Assembly: GCA_032718475.1 (NCBI GenBank)
Contig: JAUCBJ010004674.1
Span: forward strand, 1-45,445
Source: Nemertoderma westbladi
Lineage: Eukaryota > Animalia > Xenacoelomorpha
Direction of reading: 5' to 3'
Length of the DNA stretch: 45,445 bases
Shown here piece after piece: positions 1-14,275 of this stretch. A program made the position numbers and the translations under genes. The notes below the pieces were generated by a model. It was not told the origin of the DNA. It saw only the letters and a list, made by a program, of their open reading frames with translations, and searched no databases. The stretch's first letter is position 1; every line of letters starts with the position of its first letter.

Positions 1-3000
1 TCTAGCCAGTTGATCCGCCCTTTCTCCCACCTTCTAGCCAGTTGTTCCGCCCTTTCTCCCACGATCTAAGCCAGTTGATCCGCCCTTTCTCCCACCTTAT
101 GGCCAGTTGATCCGCCCTTTCTCCCACCTTCTAGCCAGTTGTTCCGCCCTTTCTCCCACCTTCTAGCCAGTTGATCCGCCCTTTCTCCCACCTTCTAGCC
201 AGTTGATCCGCCCTTTCTCCCACCTTCTAGCCAGTTGTTCCGCCCTTTCTCCCACGATCTAGCCAGTTGATCCGCCCTTTCTCCCACATTCTAGCCAGTT
301 GATCCGCCCTTTCTCCCACCTTCTAGCCAGTTGATCCGCCCTTTCTCCCACGATCTAGCCAGTTGATCCGCCCTTTCTCCCACCTTCTAGCCAGTTGTTC
401 CGCCCTTTCTCCCACCTTCTAGCCAGTTGATCCGCCCTTTCTCCCACCTTCTAGCCAGTTGTTCCGTCCTTTCTCCCACCTTCTAGCCAGTTGTTCCGCC
501 CTTTCTCCCACCTTCTAGCCAGTTGATCCGCCCTTTCTCCCACCTTCTAGCCAGTTGATCCGCCCTTTCTCCCACCTTCTAGCCAGTTGATCCGCCCTTT
601 CTCCCACCTTCTAGCCAGTTGATCCGCCCTTTCTCCCACCTTCTAGCCAGTTGATCCGCCCTTTCTCCCACCTTCTAGCCAGTTGATCCGCCCTTTCTCC
701 CACCTTCTAGCCAGTTGATCCGCCCTTTCTCCCACCTTCTAGCCAGTTGATCCGCCCTTTCTCCCACCTTCTAGCCAGTTGATCCGCCCTTTCTCCCACC
801 TTCTAGCCAGTTGATCCGCCCTTTCTCCCACCTTCTAGCCAGTTGATCCGCCCTTTCTCCCACCTTCTAGCCAGTTGATCCGCCCTTTCTCCCACCTTCT
901 AGCCAGTTGTTCCGCCCTTTCTCCCACCTTCTAGCCAGTTGATCCGCCCTTTCTCCCACCTTCTAGCCAGTTGATCCGCCCTTTCTCCCACCTTCTAGCC
1001 AGTTGATCCGCCCTTTCTCCCACCTTCTAGCCAGTTGTTCCGCCCTTTCTCCCACCTTCTAGCCAGTTGATCCGCCCTTTCTCCCACCTTCTAGCCAGTT
1101 GATCCGCCCTTTCTCCCACCTTCTAGCCAGTTGATCCGCCCTTTCTCCCACGATCTAGCCAGTTGATCCGCCCTTTCTCCCACCTTCTAGCCAGTTGATC
1201 CGCCCTTTCTCCCACCTTCTAGCCAGTTGATCCGCCCTTTCTCCCACGATCTAGCCAGTTGATCCGCCCTTTCTCCCACCTTATGGCCAGTTGATCCGCC
1301 CTTTCTCCCACCTTCTAGCCAGTTGATCCGCCCTTTCTCCCACCTTCTAGCCAGTTGATCCGCCCTTTCTCCCACCTTCTAGCCAGTTGTTCCGCCCTTT
1401 CTCCCACGATCTAGCCAGTTGATCCGCCCTTTCTCCCACCTTCTAGCCAGTTGATCCGCCCTTTCTCCCACCTTCTAGCCAGTTGTTCCGCCCTTTCTCC
1501 CACCTTCTAGCCAGTTGATCCGCCCTTTCTCCCACCTTCTAGCCAGTTGATCCGCCCTTTCTCCCACCTTCTAGCCAGTTGATCCGCCCTTTCTCCCACC
1601 TTCTAGCCAGTTGATCCGCCCTTTCTCCCACCTTCTAGCCAGTTGATCCGCCCTTTCTCCCACCTTCTAGCCAGTTGATCCGCCCTTTCTCCCACCTTCT
1701 AGCCAGTTGTTCCGCCCTTTCTCCCACGATCTAGCCAGTTGATCCGCCCTTTCTCCCACCTTATGGCCAGTTGATCCGCCCTTTCTCCCACCTTCTAGCC
1801 AGTTGTTCCGCCCTTTCTCCCACCTTCTAGCCAGTTGATCCGCCCTTTCTCCCACCTTCTAGCCAGTTGATCCGCCCTTTCTCCCACCTTCTAGCCAGTT
1901 GATCCGCCCTTTCTCCCACGATTCTAGCCAGTTGATCCGCCCTTTCTCCCACCTTCTAGCCAGTTGATCCGCCCTTTCTCCCACCTTCTAGCCAGTTGAT
2001 CCGCCCTTTCTCCCACCTTCTAGCCAGTTGATCCGCCCTTTCTCCCACCTTCTAGCCAGTTGATCCGCCCTTTCTCCCACCTTCTAGCCAGTTGTTCCGC
2101 CCTTTCTCCCACCTTCTAGCCAGTTGATCCGCCCTTTCTCCCACCTTCTAGCCAGTTGATCCGCCCTTTCTCCCACCTTCTAGCCAGTTGATCCGCCCTT
2201 TCTCCCACCTTCTAGCCAGTTGATCCGCCCTTTCTCCCACCTTCTAGCCAGTTGATCCGCCCTTTCTCCCACCTTCTAGCCAGTTGATCCGCCCTTTCTC
2301 CCACCTTCTAGCCAGTTGATCCGCCCTTTCTCCCACCTTCTAGCCAGTTGATCCGCCCTTTCTCCCACCTTCTAGCCAGTTGATCCGCCCTTTCTCCCAC
2401 CTTCTAGCCAGTTGATCCGCCCTTTCTCCCACCTTCTAGCCAGTTGATCCGCCCTTTCTCCCACCTTCTAGCCAGTTGATCCGCCCTTTCTCCCACCTTC
2501 TAGCCAGTTGATCCGCCCTTTCTCCCACCTTCTAGCCAGTTGATCCGCCCTTTCTCCCACCTTCTAGCCAGTTGATCCGCCCTTTCTCCCACCTTCTAGC
2601 CAGTTGATCCGCCCTTTCTCCCACCTTCTAGCCAGTTGATCCGCCCTTTCTCCCACCTTCTAGCCAGTTGATCCGCCCTTTCTCCCACCTTCTAGCCAGT
2701 TGATCCGCCCTTTCTCCCACCTTCTAGCCAGTTGATCCGCCCTTTCTCCCACCTTCTAGCCAGTTGATCCGCCCTTTCTCCCACCTTCTAGCCAGTTGAT
2801 CCGCCCTTTCTCCCACCTTCTAGCCAGTTGATCCGCCCTTTCTCCCACCTTCTAGCCAGTTGATCCGCCCTTTCTCCCACCTTCTAGCCAGTTGATCCGC
2901 CCTTTCTCCCACCTTCTAGCCAGTTGATCCGCCCTTTCTCCCACCTTCTAGCCAGTTGATCCGCCCTTTCTCCCACCTTCTAGCCAGTTGATCCGCCCTT

Positions 3001-6000
3001 TCTCCCACCTTCTAGCCAGTTGATCCGCCCTTTCTCCCACCTTCTAGCCAGTTGATCCGCCCTTTCTCCCACCTTCTAGCCAGTTGATCCGCCCTTTCTC
3101 CCACCTTCTAGCCAGTTGATCCGCCCTTTCTCCCACCTTCTAGCCAGTTGATCCGCCCTTTCTCCCACCTTCTAGCCAGTTGTTCCGCCCTTTCTCCCAC
3201 CTTCTAGCCAGTTGTTCCGCCCTTTCTCCCACCTTCTAGCCAGTTGATCCGCCCTTTCTCCCACCTTCTAGCCAGTTGATCCGCCCTTTCTCCCACCTTC
3301 TAGCCAGTTGATCCGCCCTTTCTCCCACCTTCTAGCCAGTTGATCCGCCCTTTCTCCCACCTTCTAGCCAGTTGATCCGCCCTTTCTCCCACCTTCTAGC
3401 CAGTTGATCCGCCCTTTCTCCCACCTTCTAGCCAGTTGTTCCGCCCTTTCTCCCACCTTCTAGCCAGTTGATCCGCCCTTTCTCCCACCTTCTAGCCAGT
3501 TGATCCGCCCTTTCTCCCACCTTCTAGCCAGTTGTTCCGCCCTTTCTCCCACGATCTAGCCAGTTGATCCGCCCTTTCTCCCACCTTCTAGCCAGTTGAT
3601 CCGCCCTTTCTCCCACCTTCTAGCCAGTTGATCCGCCCTTTCTCCCACCTTCTAGCCAGTTGATCCGCCCTTTCTCCCACCTTCTAGCCAGTTGATCCGC
3701 CCTTTCTCCCACCTTCTAGCCAGTTGATCCGCCCTTTCTCCCACCTTCTAGCCAGTTGATCCGCCCTTTCTCCCACCTTCTAGCCAGTTGTTCCGCCCTT
3801 TCTCCCACCTTCTAGCCAGTTGATCCGCCCTTTCTCCCACCTTCTAGCCAGTTGATCCGCCCTTTCTCCCACCTTCTAGCCAGTTGATCCGCCCTTTCTC
3901 CCACGATCTAGCCAGTTGATCCGCCCTTTCTCCCACCTTCTAGCCAGTTGATCCGCCCTTTCTCCCACCTTCTAGCCAGTTGATCCGCCCTTTCTCCCAC
4001 CTTCTAGCCAGTTGATCCGCCCTTTCTCCCACCTTCTAGCCAGTTGATCCGCCCTTTCTCCCACGATCTAGCCAGTTGATCCGCCCTTTCTCCCACCTTC
4101 TAGCCAGTTGATCCGCCCTTTCTCCCACCTTCTAGCCAGTTGATCCGCCCTTTCTCCCACCTTCTAGCCAGTTGATCCGCCCTTTCTCCCACCTTCTAGC
4201 CAGTTGATCCGCCCTTTCTCCCACCTTCTAGCCAGTTGATCCGCCCTTTCTCCCACCTTCTAGCCAGTTGATCCGCCCTTTCTCCCACCTTCTAGCCAGT
4301 TGATCCGCCCTTTCTCCCACCTTCTAGCCAGTTGATCCGCCCTTTCTCCCACCTTCTAGCCAGTTGATCCGCCCTTTCTCCCACCTTCTAGCCAGTTGAT
4401 CCGCCCTTTCTCCCACCTTCTAGCCAGTTGATCCGCCCTTTCTCCCACCTTCTAGCCAGTTGATCCGCCCTTTCTCCCACCTTCTAGCCAGTTGTTCCGC
4501 CCTTTCTCCCACCTTCTAGCCAGTTGTTCCGCCCTTTCTCCCACCTTCTAGCCAGTTGATCCGCCCTTTCTCCCACCTTCTAGCCAGTTGATCCGCCCTT
4601 TCTCCCACCTTCTAGCCAGTTGATCCGCCCTTTCTCCCACCTTCTAGCCAGTTGATCCGCCCTTTCTCCCACCTTCTAGCCAGTTGATCCGCCCTTTCTC
4701 CCACCTTCTAGCCAGTTGTTCCGCCCTTTCTCCCACCTTCTAGCCAGTTGATCCGCCCTTTCTCCCACCTTCTAGCCAGTTGATCCGCCCTTTCTCCCAC
4801 CTTCTAGCCAGTTGATCCGCCCTTTCTCCCACCTTCTAGCCAGTTGATCCGCCCTTTCTCCCACCTTCTAGCCAGTTGATCCGCCCTTTCTCCCACCTTC
4901 TAGCCAGTTGATCCGCCCTTTCTCCCACCTTCTAGCCAGTTGATCCGCCCTTTCTCCCACCTTCTAGCCAGTTGTTCCGCCCTTTCTCCCACGTTCTAGC
5001 CAGTTGATCCGCCCTTTCTCCCACCTTCTAGCCAGTTGATCCGCCCTTTCTCCCACCTTCTAGCCAGTTGTTCCGCCCTTTCTCCCACCTTCTAGCCAGT
5101 TGATCCGCCCTTTCTCCCACCTTCTAGCCAGTTGATCCGCCCTTTCTCCCACCTTCTAGCCAGTTGATCCGCCCTTTCTCCCACCTTCTAGCCAGTTGAT
5201 CCGCCCTTTCTCCCACCTTCTAGCCAGTTGATCCGCCCTTTCTCCCACCTTCTAGCCAGTTGATCCGCCCTTTCTCCCACCTTCTAGCCAGTTGATCCGC
5301 CCTTTCTCCCACCTTCTAGCCAGTTGATCCGCCCTTTCTCCCACCTCTAGCCAGTTGATCCGCCCTTTCTCCCACCTTCTAGCCAGTTGTTCCGCCCTTT
5401 CTCCCACCTTCTAGCCAGTTGATCCGCCCTTTCTCCCACCTTCTAGCCAGTTGATCCGCCCTTTCTCCCACCTTCTAGCCAGTTGATCCGCCCTTTCTCC
5501 CACCTTCTAGCCAGTTGATCCGCCCTTTCTCCCACCTTCTAGCCAGTTGATCCGCCCTTTCTCCCACCTTCTAGCCAGTTGATCCGCCCTTTCTCCCACC
5601 TTCTAGCCAGTTGTTCCGCCCTTTCTCCCACGATCTAGCCAGTTGATCCGCCCTTTCTCCCACCTTCTAGCCAGTTGATCCGCCCTTTCTCCCACCTTCT
5701 AGCCAGTTGATCCGCCCTTTCTCCCACCTTCTAGCCAGTTGTTCCGCCCTTTCTCCCACCTTCTAGCCAGTTGTTCCGCCCTTTCTCCCACCTTCTAGCC
5801 AGTTGTTCCGCCCTTTCTCCCACCTTCTAGCCAGTTGATCCGCCCTTTCTCCCACCTTCTAGCCAGTTGATCCGCCCTTTCTCCCACCTTCTAGCCAGTT
5901 GATCCGCCCTTTCTCCCACCTTCTAGCCAGTTGATCCGCCCTTTCTCCCACCTTCTAGCCAGTTGATCCGCCCTTTCTCCCACCTTCTAGCCAGTTGATC

Positions 6001-6895
6001 CGCCCTTTCTCCCACCTTCTAGCCAGTTGATCCGCCCTTTCTCCCACCTTCTAGACCAGTTGATCCGCCCTTTCTCCCACCTTCTAGCCAGTTGATCCGC
6101 CCTTTCTCCCACCTTCTAGCCAGTTGATCCGCCCTTTCTCCCACCTTCTAGCCAGTTGATCCGCCCTTTCTCCCACCTTCTAGCCAGTTGATCCGCCCTT
6201 TCTCCCACGATCTAGCCAGTTGATCCGCCCTTTCTCCCACCTTCTAGCCAGTTGATCCGCCCTTTCTCCCACCTTCTAGCCAGTTGATCCGCCCTTTCTC
6301 CCACCTTCTAGCCAGTTGTTCCGCCCTTTCTCCCACCTTCTAGCCAGTTGATCCGCCCTTTCTCCCACCTTCTAGCCAGTTGATCCGCCCTTTCTCCCAC
6401 CTTCTAGCCAGTTGATCCGCCCTTTCTCCCACCTTCTAGCCAGTTGATCCGCCCTTTCTCCCACCTTCTAGCCAGTTGATCCGCCCTTTCTCCCACCTTC
6501 TAGCCAGTTGTTCCGCCCTTTCTCCCACGATCTAGCCAGTTGATCCGCCCTTTCTCCCACCTTCTAGCCAGTTGATCCGCCCTTTCTCCCACCTTCTAGC
6601 CAGTTGTTCCGCCCTTTCTCCCACCTTCTAGCCAGTTGATCCGCCCTTTCTCCCACCTTCTGGCCAGTTGATCCGCCCTTTCTCCCACCTTCTAGCCAGT
6701 TGATCCGCCCTTTCTCCCACCTTCTAGCCAGTTGATCCGCCCTTTCTCCCACGATCTAGCCAGTTGATCCGCCCTTTCTCCCACCTTCTAGCCAGTTGTT
6801 CCGCCCTTTCTCCCATCTTCTGGCCAGTTGATCTGCCTTACAGATCTGCCCACCTTTTTTAATCAGTTGATCTGTCTTTTCTCCCACATTCTGGC
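1..6895. repeat. 32-bp minisatellite array (~215 copies), runs off the window start
   Basis: Unit TCTAGCCAGTTGATCCGCCCTTTCTCCCACCT. Recurrent variants TTGTTCC, CACGATCT and CTTATGGCC. Last 2-3 units (6810-6895) are degenerate. Confidence 0.98.
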
Positions 6896-7691
6896 TTTAA
6901 TGACGTGACGAAAAATCCCAAATTTCCAAGAGGTTCAGCTATTTTTCTTCGATTACATTTTTTACTTTATTGGCCGCTGTGATTACATTATTGGTCGACG
7001 TGTTGTAGGTTAATGACTACTTTATTGGCCGCCGTGTTGTAGGTTTATGATTTGCTAAATTTATTGTATAATAGTCTAGATACTCAAACAGGTACGAATA
7101 ACGTACAGGATAATTTTGTGTAAATTTTAATACATTAAGACATTTTTATTCATTTTTTGCAAACAAATTATTTCGTAAGGTAAAAAGTCCTTTGCTTTTT
7201 ATCGAATTTTAATAGCTTCTTATTAATAAAATATTCACAGTCAGATATTATAGTAAAAAGGTTATAAATTTCAATTCCAATACATCGTATCTCAGCAATC
7301 AATCTGTGCTTACTACGGCGGTAACCTAGCAATATTCCTTGAATCGTTCCCTATTATGAGTTAAAGCGTTATGTTTTGTATCATTACTCACCATTAAGGT
7401 TGTGTTTCATAATGGTTATGCTTTTAGTGCTAGTAGTTGACGCTTTAATGTATTATTCAACACAGTACCACATTCCTATCTTATTTATTACAAATGTATT
7501 CGTAATAAAAATGAAGAATAAATATTAATATTCCAAACGTTAATCTTTTATTGATTGTCTCAATTGTCAACGTATCTTGTTGTTCTTCACTTTCGAGTCT
7601 CTCTTGACTTTCGTATAAACTTAATCCGGCCTTCATGACTCCAACAAACACCCCAGAGCCGTTACACAATGGCATTCCATTAGTGTACAAA

Positions 7692-10600
7692 CCCCGCAAA
7701 CCATACTCAATCTGCATTCACTCTCCGGTTAGTTGACGACCCCCCACAAACCATACTCAAACTGCATTCACTCTCCGGTTAGTTGACGACCCCCCACAAA
7801 CCATACTCAAACTGCATTCACTCTCCGGTTAGTTGACGACCCCCCACAAACCATACTCAAACTGCATTCACTCTCCGGTTAGTTGACGACCCCCCACAAA
7901 CCATACTCAAACTGCATTCACTCTCCGGTTAGTTGACGACCCCCCACAAACCATACTCAAACTGCATTCACTCTCCGGTTAGTTGACGACCCCCCACAAA
8001 CCATACTCAAACTGCATTCACTCTCCGGTTAGTTGACGACCCCCCACAAACCATACTCAAACTGCATTCACTCTCCGGTTAGTTGACGACCCCCCACAAA
8101 CCATACTCAAACTGCATTCACTCTCCGGTTAGTTGACGACCCCCCACAAACCATACTCAAACTGCATTCACTCTCCGGTTAGTTGACGACCCCCCACAAA
8201 CCATACTCAAACTGCATTCACTCTCCGGTTAGTTGACGACCCCCCACAAACCATACTCAAACTGCATTCACTCTCCGGTTAGTTGACGACCCCCCACAAA
8301 CCATACTCAAACTGCATTCACTCTCCGGTTAGTTGACGACCCCCCACAAACCATACTCAAACTGCATTCACTCTCCGGTTAGTTGACGACCCCCCACAAA
8401 CCATACTCAAACTGCATTCACTCTCCGGTTAGTTGACGACCCCCCACAAACCATACTCAAACTGCATTCACTCTCCGGTTAGTTGACGACCCCCCACAAA
8501 CCATACTCAAACTGCATTCACTCTCCGGTTAGTTGACGACCCCCCACAAACCATACTCAAACTGCATTCACTCTCCGGTTAGTTGACGACCCCCCACAAA
8601 CCATACTCAAACTGCATTCACTCTCCGGTTAGTTGACGACCCCCCACAAACCATACTCAAACTGCATTCACTCTCCGGTTAGTTGACGACCCCCCACAAA
8701 CCATACTCAAACTGCATTCACTCTCCGGTTAGTTGACGACCCCCCACAAACCATATTCAATCTGCATTCACTCTCCGGTTAGTTGACGACCCCCCACAAA
8801 CCATATTCAATCTGCATTCACTCTCCGGTTAGTTGACGACCCCCCACAAACCATATTCAATCTGCATTCACTCTCCGGTTAGTTGACGACCCCCCACAAA
8901 CCATACTCAAACTGCATTCACTCTCCGGTTAGTTGACGACCCCCCACAAACCATACTCAAACTGCATTCACTCTCCGGTTAGTTGACGACCCCCCACAAA
9001 CCATACTCAAACTGCATTCACTCTCCGGTTAGTTGACGACCCCCCACAAACCATACTCAAACTGCATTCACTCTCCGGTTAGTTGACGACCCCCCACAAA
9101 CCATACTCAAACTGCATTCACTCTCCGGTTAGTTGACGACCCCCCACAAACCATACTCAAACTGCATTCACTCTCCGGTTAGTTGACGACCCCCCACAAA
9201 CCATACTCAAACTGCATTCACTCTCCGGTTAGTTGACGACCCCCCACAAACCATACTCAAACTGCATTCACTCTCCGGTTAGTTGACGACCCCCCACAAA
9301 CCATACTCAAACTGCATTCACTCTCCGGTTAGTTGACGACCCCCCACAAACCATACTCAAACTGCATTCACTCTCCGGTTAGTTGACGACCCCCCACAAA
9401 CCATACTCAAACTGCATTCACTCTCCAGTTAGTTGACGACCCCCCACAAACCATACTCAAACTGCATTCACTCTCCGGTTAGTTGACGACCCCCCACAAA
9501 CCATACTCAAACTGCATTCACTCTCCGGTTAGTTGACGACCCCCCACAAACCATACTCAAACTGCATTCACTCTCCGGTTAGTTGACGACCCCCCACAAA
9601 CCATACTCAAACTGCATTCACTCTCCGGTTAGTTGACGACCCCCCACAAACCATATTCAAACTGCATTCACTCTCCGGTTAGTTGACGACCCCCCACAAA
9701 CCATACTCAAACTGCATTCACTCTCCGGTTAGTTGACGACCCCCCACAAACCATACTCAAACTGCATTCACTCTCCGGTTAGTTGACGACCCCCCACAAA
9801 CCATACTCAAACTGCATTCACTCTCCGGTTAGTTGACGACCCCCCACAAACCATACTCAAACTGCATTCACTCTCCGGTTAGTTGACGACCCCCCACAAA
9901 CCATACTCAAACTGCATTCACTCTCCGGTTAGTTGACGACCCCCCACAAACCATACTCAAACTGCATTCACTCTCCGGTTAGTTGACGACCCCCCACAAA
10001 CCATACTCAAACTGCATTCACTCTCCGGTTAGTTGACGACCCCCCACAAACCATATTCAAACTGCATTCACTCTCCGGTTAGTTGACGACCCCCCACAAA
10101 CCATACTCAAACTGCATTCACTCTCCGGTTAGTTGAGCGACCCCCCACAAACCATATTCAAACTGCATTCACTCTCCGGTTAGTTGACGACCCCCCACAA
10201 ACCATACTCAAACTGCATTCACTCTCCGGTTAGTTGACGACCCCCCACAAACCATACTCAAACTGCATTCACTCTCCGGTTAGTTGACGACCCCCCACAA
10301 ACCATACTCAAACTGCATTCACTCTCCGGTTAGTTGACGACCCCCCACAAACCATATTCAAACTGCATTCACTCTCCGGTTAGTTGACGACCCCCCACAA
10401 ACCATATTCAAACTGCATTCACTCTCCGGTTAGTTGACGACCCCCCACAAACCATATTCAAACTGCATTCACTCTCCGGTTAGTTGACGACCCCCCACAA
10501 ACCATATTCAATCTGCATTCACTCTCCGGTTAGTTGACGACCCCCCACAAACCATATTCAATCTGCATTCACTCTCCGGTTAGTTGACGACCCCCCACAA

Positions 10601-13287
10601 ACCATACTCAAACTGCATTCACTCTCCGGTTAGTTGACGACCCCCCACAAACCATACTCAAACTGCATTCACTCTCCGGTTAGTTGACGACCCCCCACAA
10701 ACCATACTCAAACTGCATTCACTCTCCGGTTAGTTGACGACCCCCCACAAACCATACTCAAACTGCATTCACTCTCCGGTTAGTTGACGACCCCCCACAA
10801 ACCATACTCAAACTGCATTCACTCTCCGGTTAGTTGACGACCCCCCACAAACCATATTCAAACTGCATTCACTCTCCGGTTAGTTGACGACCCCCCACAA
10901 ACCATACTCAAACTGCATTCACTCTCCGGTTAGTTGACGACCCCCCACAAACCATACTCAAACTGCATTCACTCTCCGGTTAGTTGACGACCCCCCACAA
11001 ACCATACTCAAACTGCATTCACTCTCCGGTTAGTTGACGACCCCCCACAAACCATATTCAAACTGCATTCACTCTCCGGTTAGTTGACGACCCCCCACAA
11101 ACCATACTCAAACTGCATTCACTCTCCGGTTAGTTGACGACCCCCCACAAACCATACTCAAACTGCATTCACTCTCCGGTTAGTTGACGACCCCCCACAA
11201 ACCATACTCAAACTGCATTCACTCTCCGGTTAGTTGACGACCCCCCACAAACCATACTCAAACTGCATTCACTCTCCGGTTAGTTGACGACCCCCCACAA
11301 ACCATACTCAAACTGCATTCACTCTCCGGTTAGTTGAGGACCCCCCGCAAACCATACTCAAACTGCATTCACTCTCCGGTTAGTTGACGACCCCCCACAA
11401 ACCATATTCAAACTGCATTCACTCTCCGGTTAGTTGACGACCCCCCACAAACCATACTCAAACTGCATTCACTCTCCGGTTAGTTGAGGACCCCCCGCAA
11501 ACCATACTCAAACTGCATTCACTCTCCGGTTAGTTGACGACCCCCCACAAACCATATTCAAACTGCATTCACTCTCCGGTTAGTTGACGACCCCCCACAA
11601 ACCATATTCAAACTGCATTCACTCTCCGGTTAGTTGACGACCCCCCACAAACCATATTCAAACTGCATTCACTCTCCGGTTAGTTGACGACCCCCCACAA
11701 ACCATACTCAAACTGCATTCACTCTCCGGTTAGTTGACGACCCCCCACAAACCATACTCAAACTGCATTCACTCTCCGGTTAGTTGACGACCCCCCACAA
11801 ACCATACTCAAACTGCATTCACTCTCCGGTTAGTTGAGGACCCCCCGCAAACCATACTCAAACTGCATTCACTCTCCGGTTAGTTGACGACCCCCCACAA
11901 ACCATATTCAAACTGCATTCACTCTCCGGTTAGTTGACGACCCCCCACAAACCATACTCAAACTGCATTCACTCTCCGGTTAGTTGAGGACCCCCCGCAA
12001 ACCATACTCAAACTGTATTCACTCTCCGGTTAGTTGACGACCCCCCACAAACCATATTCAAACTGCATTCACTCTCCGGTTAGTTGACGACCCCCCACAA
12101 ACCATATTCAAACTGCATTCACTCTCCGGTTAGTTGACGACCCCCCACAAACCATATTCAAACTGCATTCACTCTCCGGTTAGTTGACGACCCCCCACAA
12201 ACCATACTCAAACTGCATTCACTCTCCGGTTAGTTGACGACCCCCCACAAACCATACTCAAACTCCATTCACTCTCCGGTTAGTTGACGACCCCCCACAA
12301 ACCATACTCAAACTGCATTCACTCTCCGGTTAGTTGAGGACCCCCCGCAAACCATACTCAAACTGCATTCACTCTCCGGTTAGTTGACGACCCCCCACAA
12401 ACCATACTCAAACTGCATTCACTCTCCGGTTAGTTGACGACCCCCCACAAACCATACTCAAACTGCATTCACTCTCCGGTTAGTTGACGACCCCCCACAA
12501 ACCATACTCAAACTGCATTCACTCTCCGGTTAGTTGACGACCCCCCACAAACCATACTCAAACTGCATTCACTCTCCGGTTAGTTGACGACCCCCCACAA
12601 ACCATATTCAAACTGCATTCACTCTCCAGTTAGTTGACGACCCCCCACAAACCATACTCAAACTGCATTCACTCTCCGGTTAGTTGACGACCCCCCACAA
12701 ACCATACTCAAACTGCATTCACTCTCCGGTTAGTTGACGACCCCCCACAAACCATACTCAAACTGCATTCACTCTCCGGTTAGTTGACGACCCCCCACAA
12801 ACCATACTCAAACTGCATTCACTCTCCGGTTAGTTGACGACCCCCCGCGATACCATACTCAAACTGCATTCACTCTCCGGTTAGTTGACGACCCCCCACA
12901 AACCATACTCAAACTGCATTCACTCTCCGGTTAGTTGACGACCCCCCGCAAACCATACTCAAACTGCATTCACTCTCCGGTTAGTTGACGACCCCCCACA
13001 AACCATACTCAAACTGCATTCACTCTCCGGTTAGTTGACGACCCCCCACAAACCATACTCAAACTGCATTCACTCTCCGGTTAGTTGACGACCCCCCACA
13101 AACCATACTCAATCTGCATTCACTCTCCGGTTAGTTGACGACCCCCCACAAACCATACTCAAACTGCATTCACTCTCCGGTTAGTTGACGACCCCCCACA
13201 AACCATACTCAAACTGCATTCACTCTCCGGTTAATTGACGACCCCCCACAAACCATATTCAAACTGCATTCACTCCCCGGTTAGTTG
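7692..13287. repeat. 50-bp minisatellite array (~112 copies)
   Basis: Unit CCCCCACAAACCATACTCAAACTGCATTCACTCTCCGGTTAGTTGACGAC with few variants (ATATTC, TCTGC, GAGGA..CCGC). Confidence 0.98.
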
Positions 13288-13401
13288 CTCGGTAATTGGA
13301 AGACTTTAAGAATTAATTCTAACCAAAATAGCCAATATTAAACCTTCCCAATGGCTACCGAAGTGTGAAACCCCGCGGATAAATAAATAACTTACAATAA
13401 C

Positions 13402-14275
13402 CCAGTCTCTTTTTTTCATCATATTTTTTTAATGTTTTTTCCGATGTATAATTTTATGGTGATTCCGAATCTGAAACCAGTTTTTCGATAAGGTATTTTG
13501 TTCTCGAGTTATGGCAACTTTTGTAATTTTCACACAAAATTTGAAATTTTTTAATTTTGGTGCAGCACCACATTTGACACCGAAAAAGACCATCAAACAT
13601 CCATAAATGTGAAAATATTTTGCCATTTTCAGAATCAGCGCTGAAAATTATCCTATAGGTATCAAAACCACATAAGTAGATTATATTTGAAAAATTTGAA
13701 AAAATTTTCACTTTTGGTGCATGTTTGTTGGTCAGTTGTAATAAGGATGAAATTTAAATGTCATTTTTCTCGCATTGGCTTTTTTTGAACACTTTTTCTA
13801 TCTACTTTTTAACTACTCAACGGATTTTCGTTCTGTTTGCAGAATTATGTAGAGGAATATTCGCCGCAAAAATTGTATAGACAGAATTTTGAAATTTTTT
13901 TCAAAAAAAGTTATGGCATTTTTTGTGTAAAAAATCGCTAAATTTTGGATTTTTTCGATTTTTCGGTATTTTTTAAACGAAAAATGCTATAACTTTTTTT
14001 TGAAAAAAATTTCAAAATTCTGTCTATACAATTTTTGCGGCGAATATTCCTCTACATAATTCTGCAAACAGAACGAAAATCCGTTGAGTAGTTAAAAAGT
14101 AGATAGAGAAAGTGTCCAAAAAAGCCAATGCGAGAAAAATGACATTTAAATTTCATCCTGATAACAACTGTCCAAACATGCACCAAAAGTGAAATTTTTC
14201 TCAAATTTTTCGAATATAATCAACTTTTGTTGTTTTGATACCTATAGGCTAATTTTCGGCGCTGATTCCGAACAC
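13402..14275. mobile_element. Foldback/palindromic non-autonomous DNA element, right side truncated
   Basis: Inverted arms of ~295 bp at 13628-13923 and 13980-14272 around a ~55-bp spacer, e.g. GAATATTCGCCGCAAAAATTGTATAGACAGAATTTTG and its reverse complement. Related motifs continue left to ~13402. No coding capacity. Confidence 0.8.

Noticed and set aside
1187-6752. Short repeated 62-aa ORFs in the first array
   Set aside because: Produced by variant units that remove a stop codon; no coding signal.
7481-7717. 78-aa minus-strand ORF next to the 50-bp array
   Set aside because: No recognisable motif or convincing splice sites, and it starts within the repeat.
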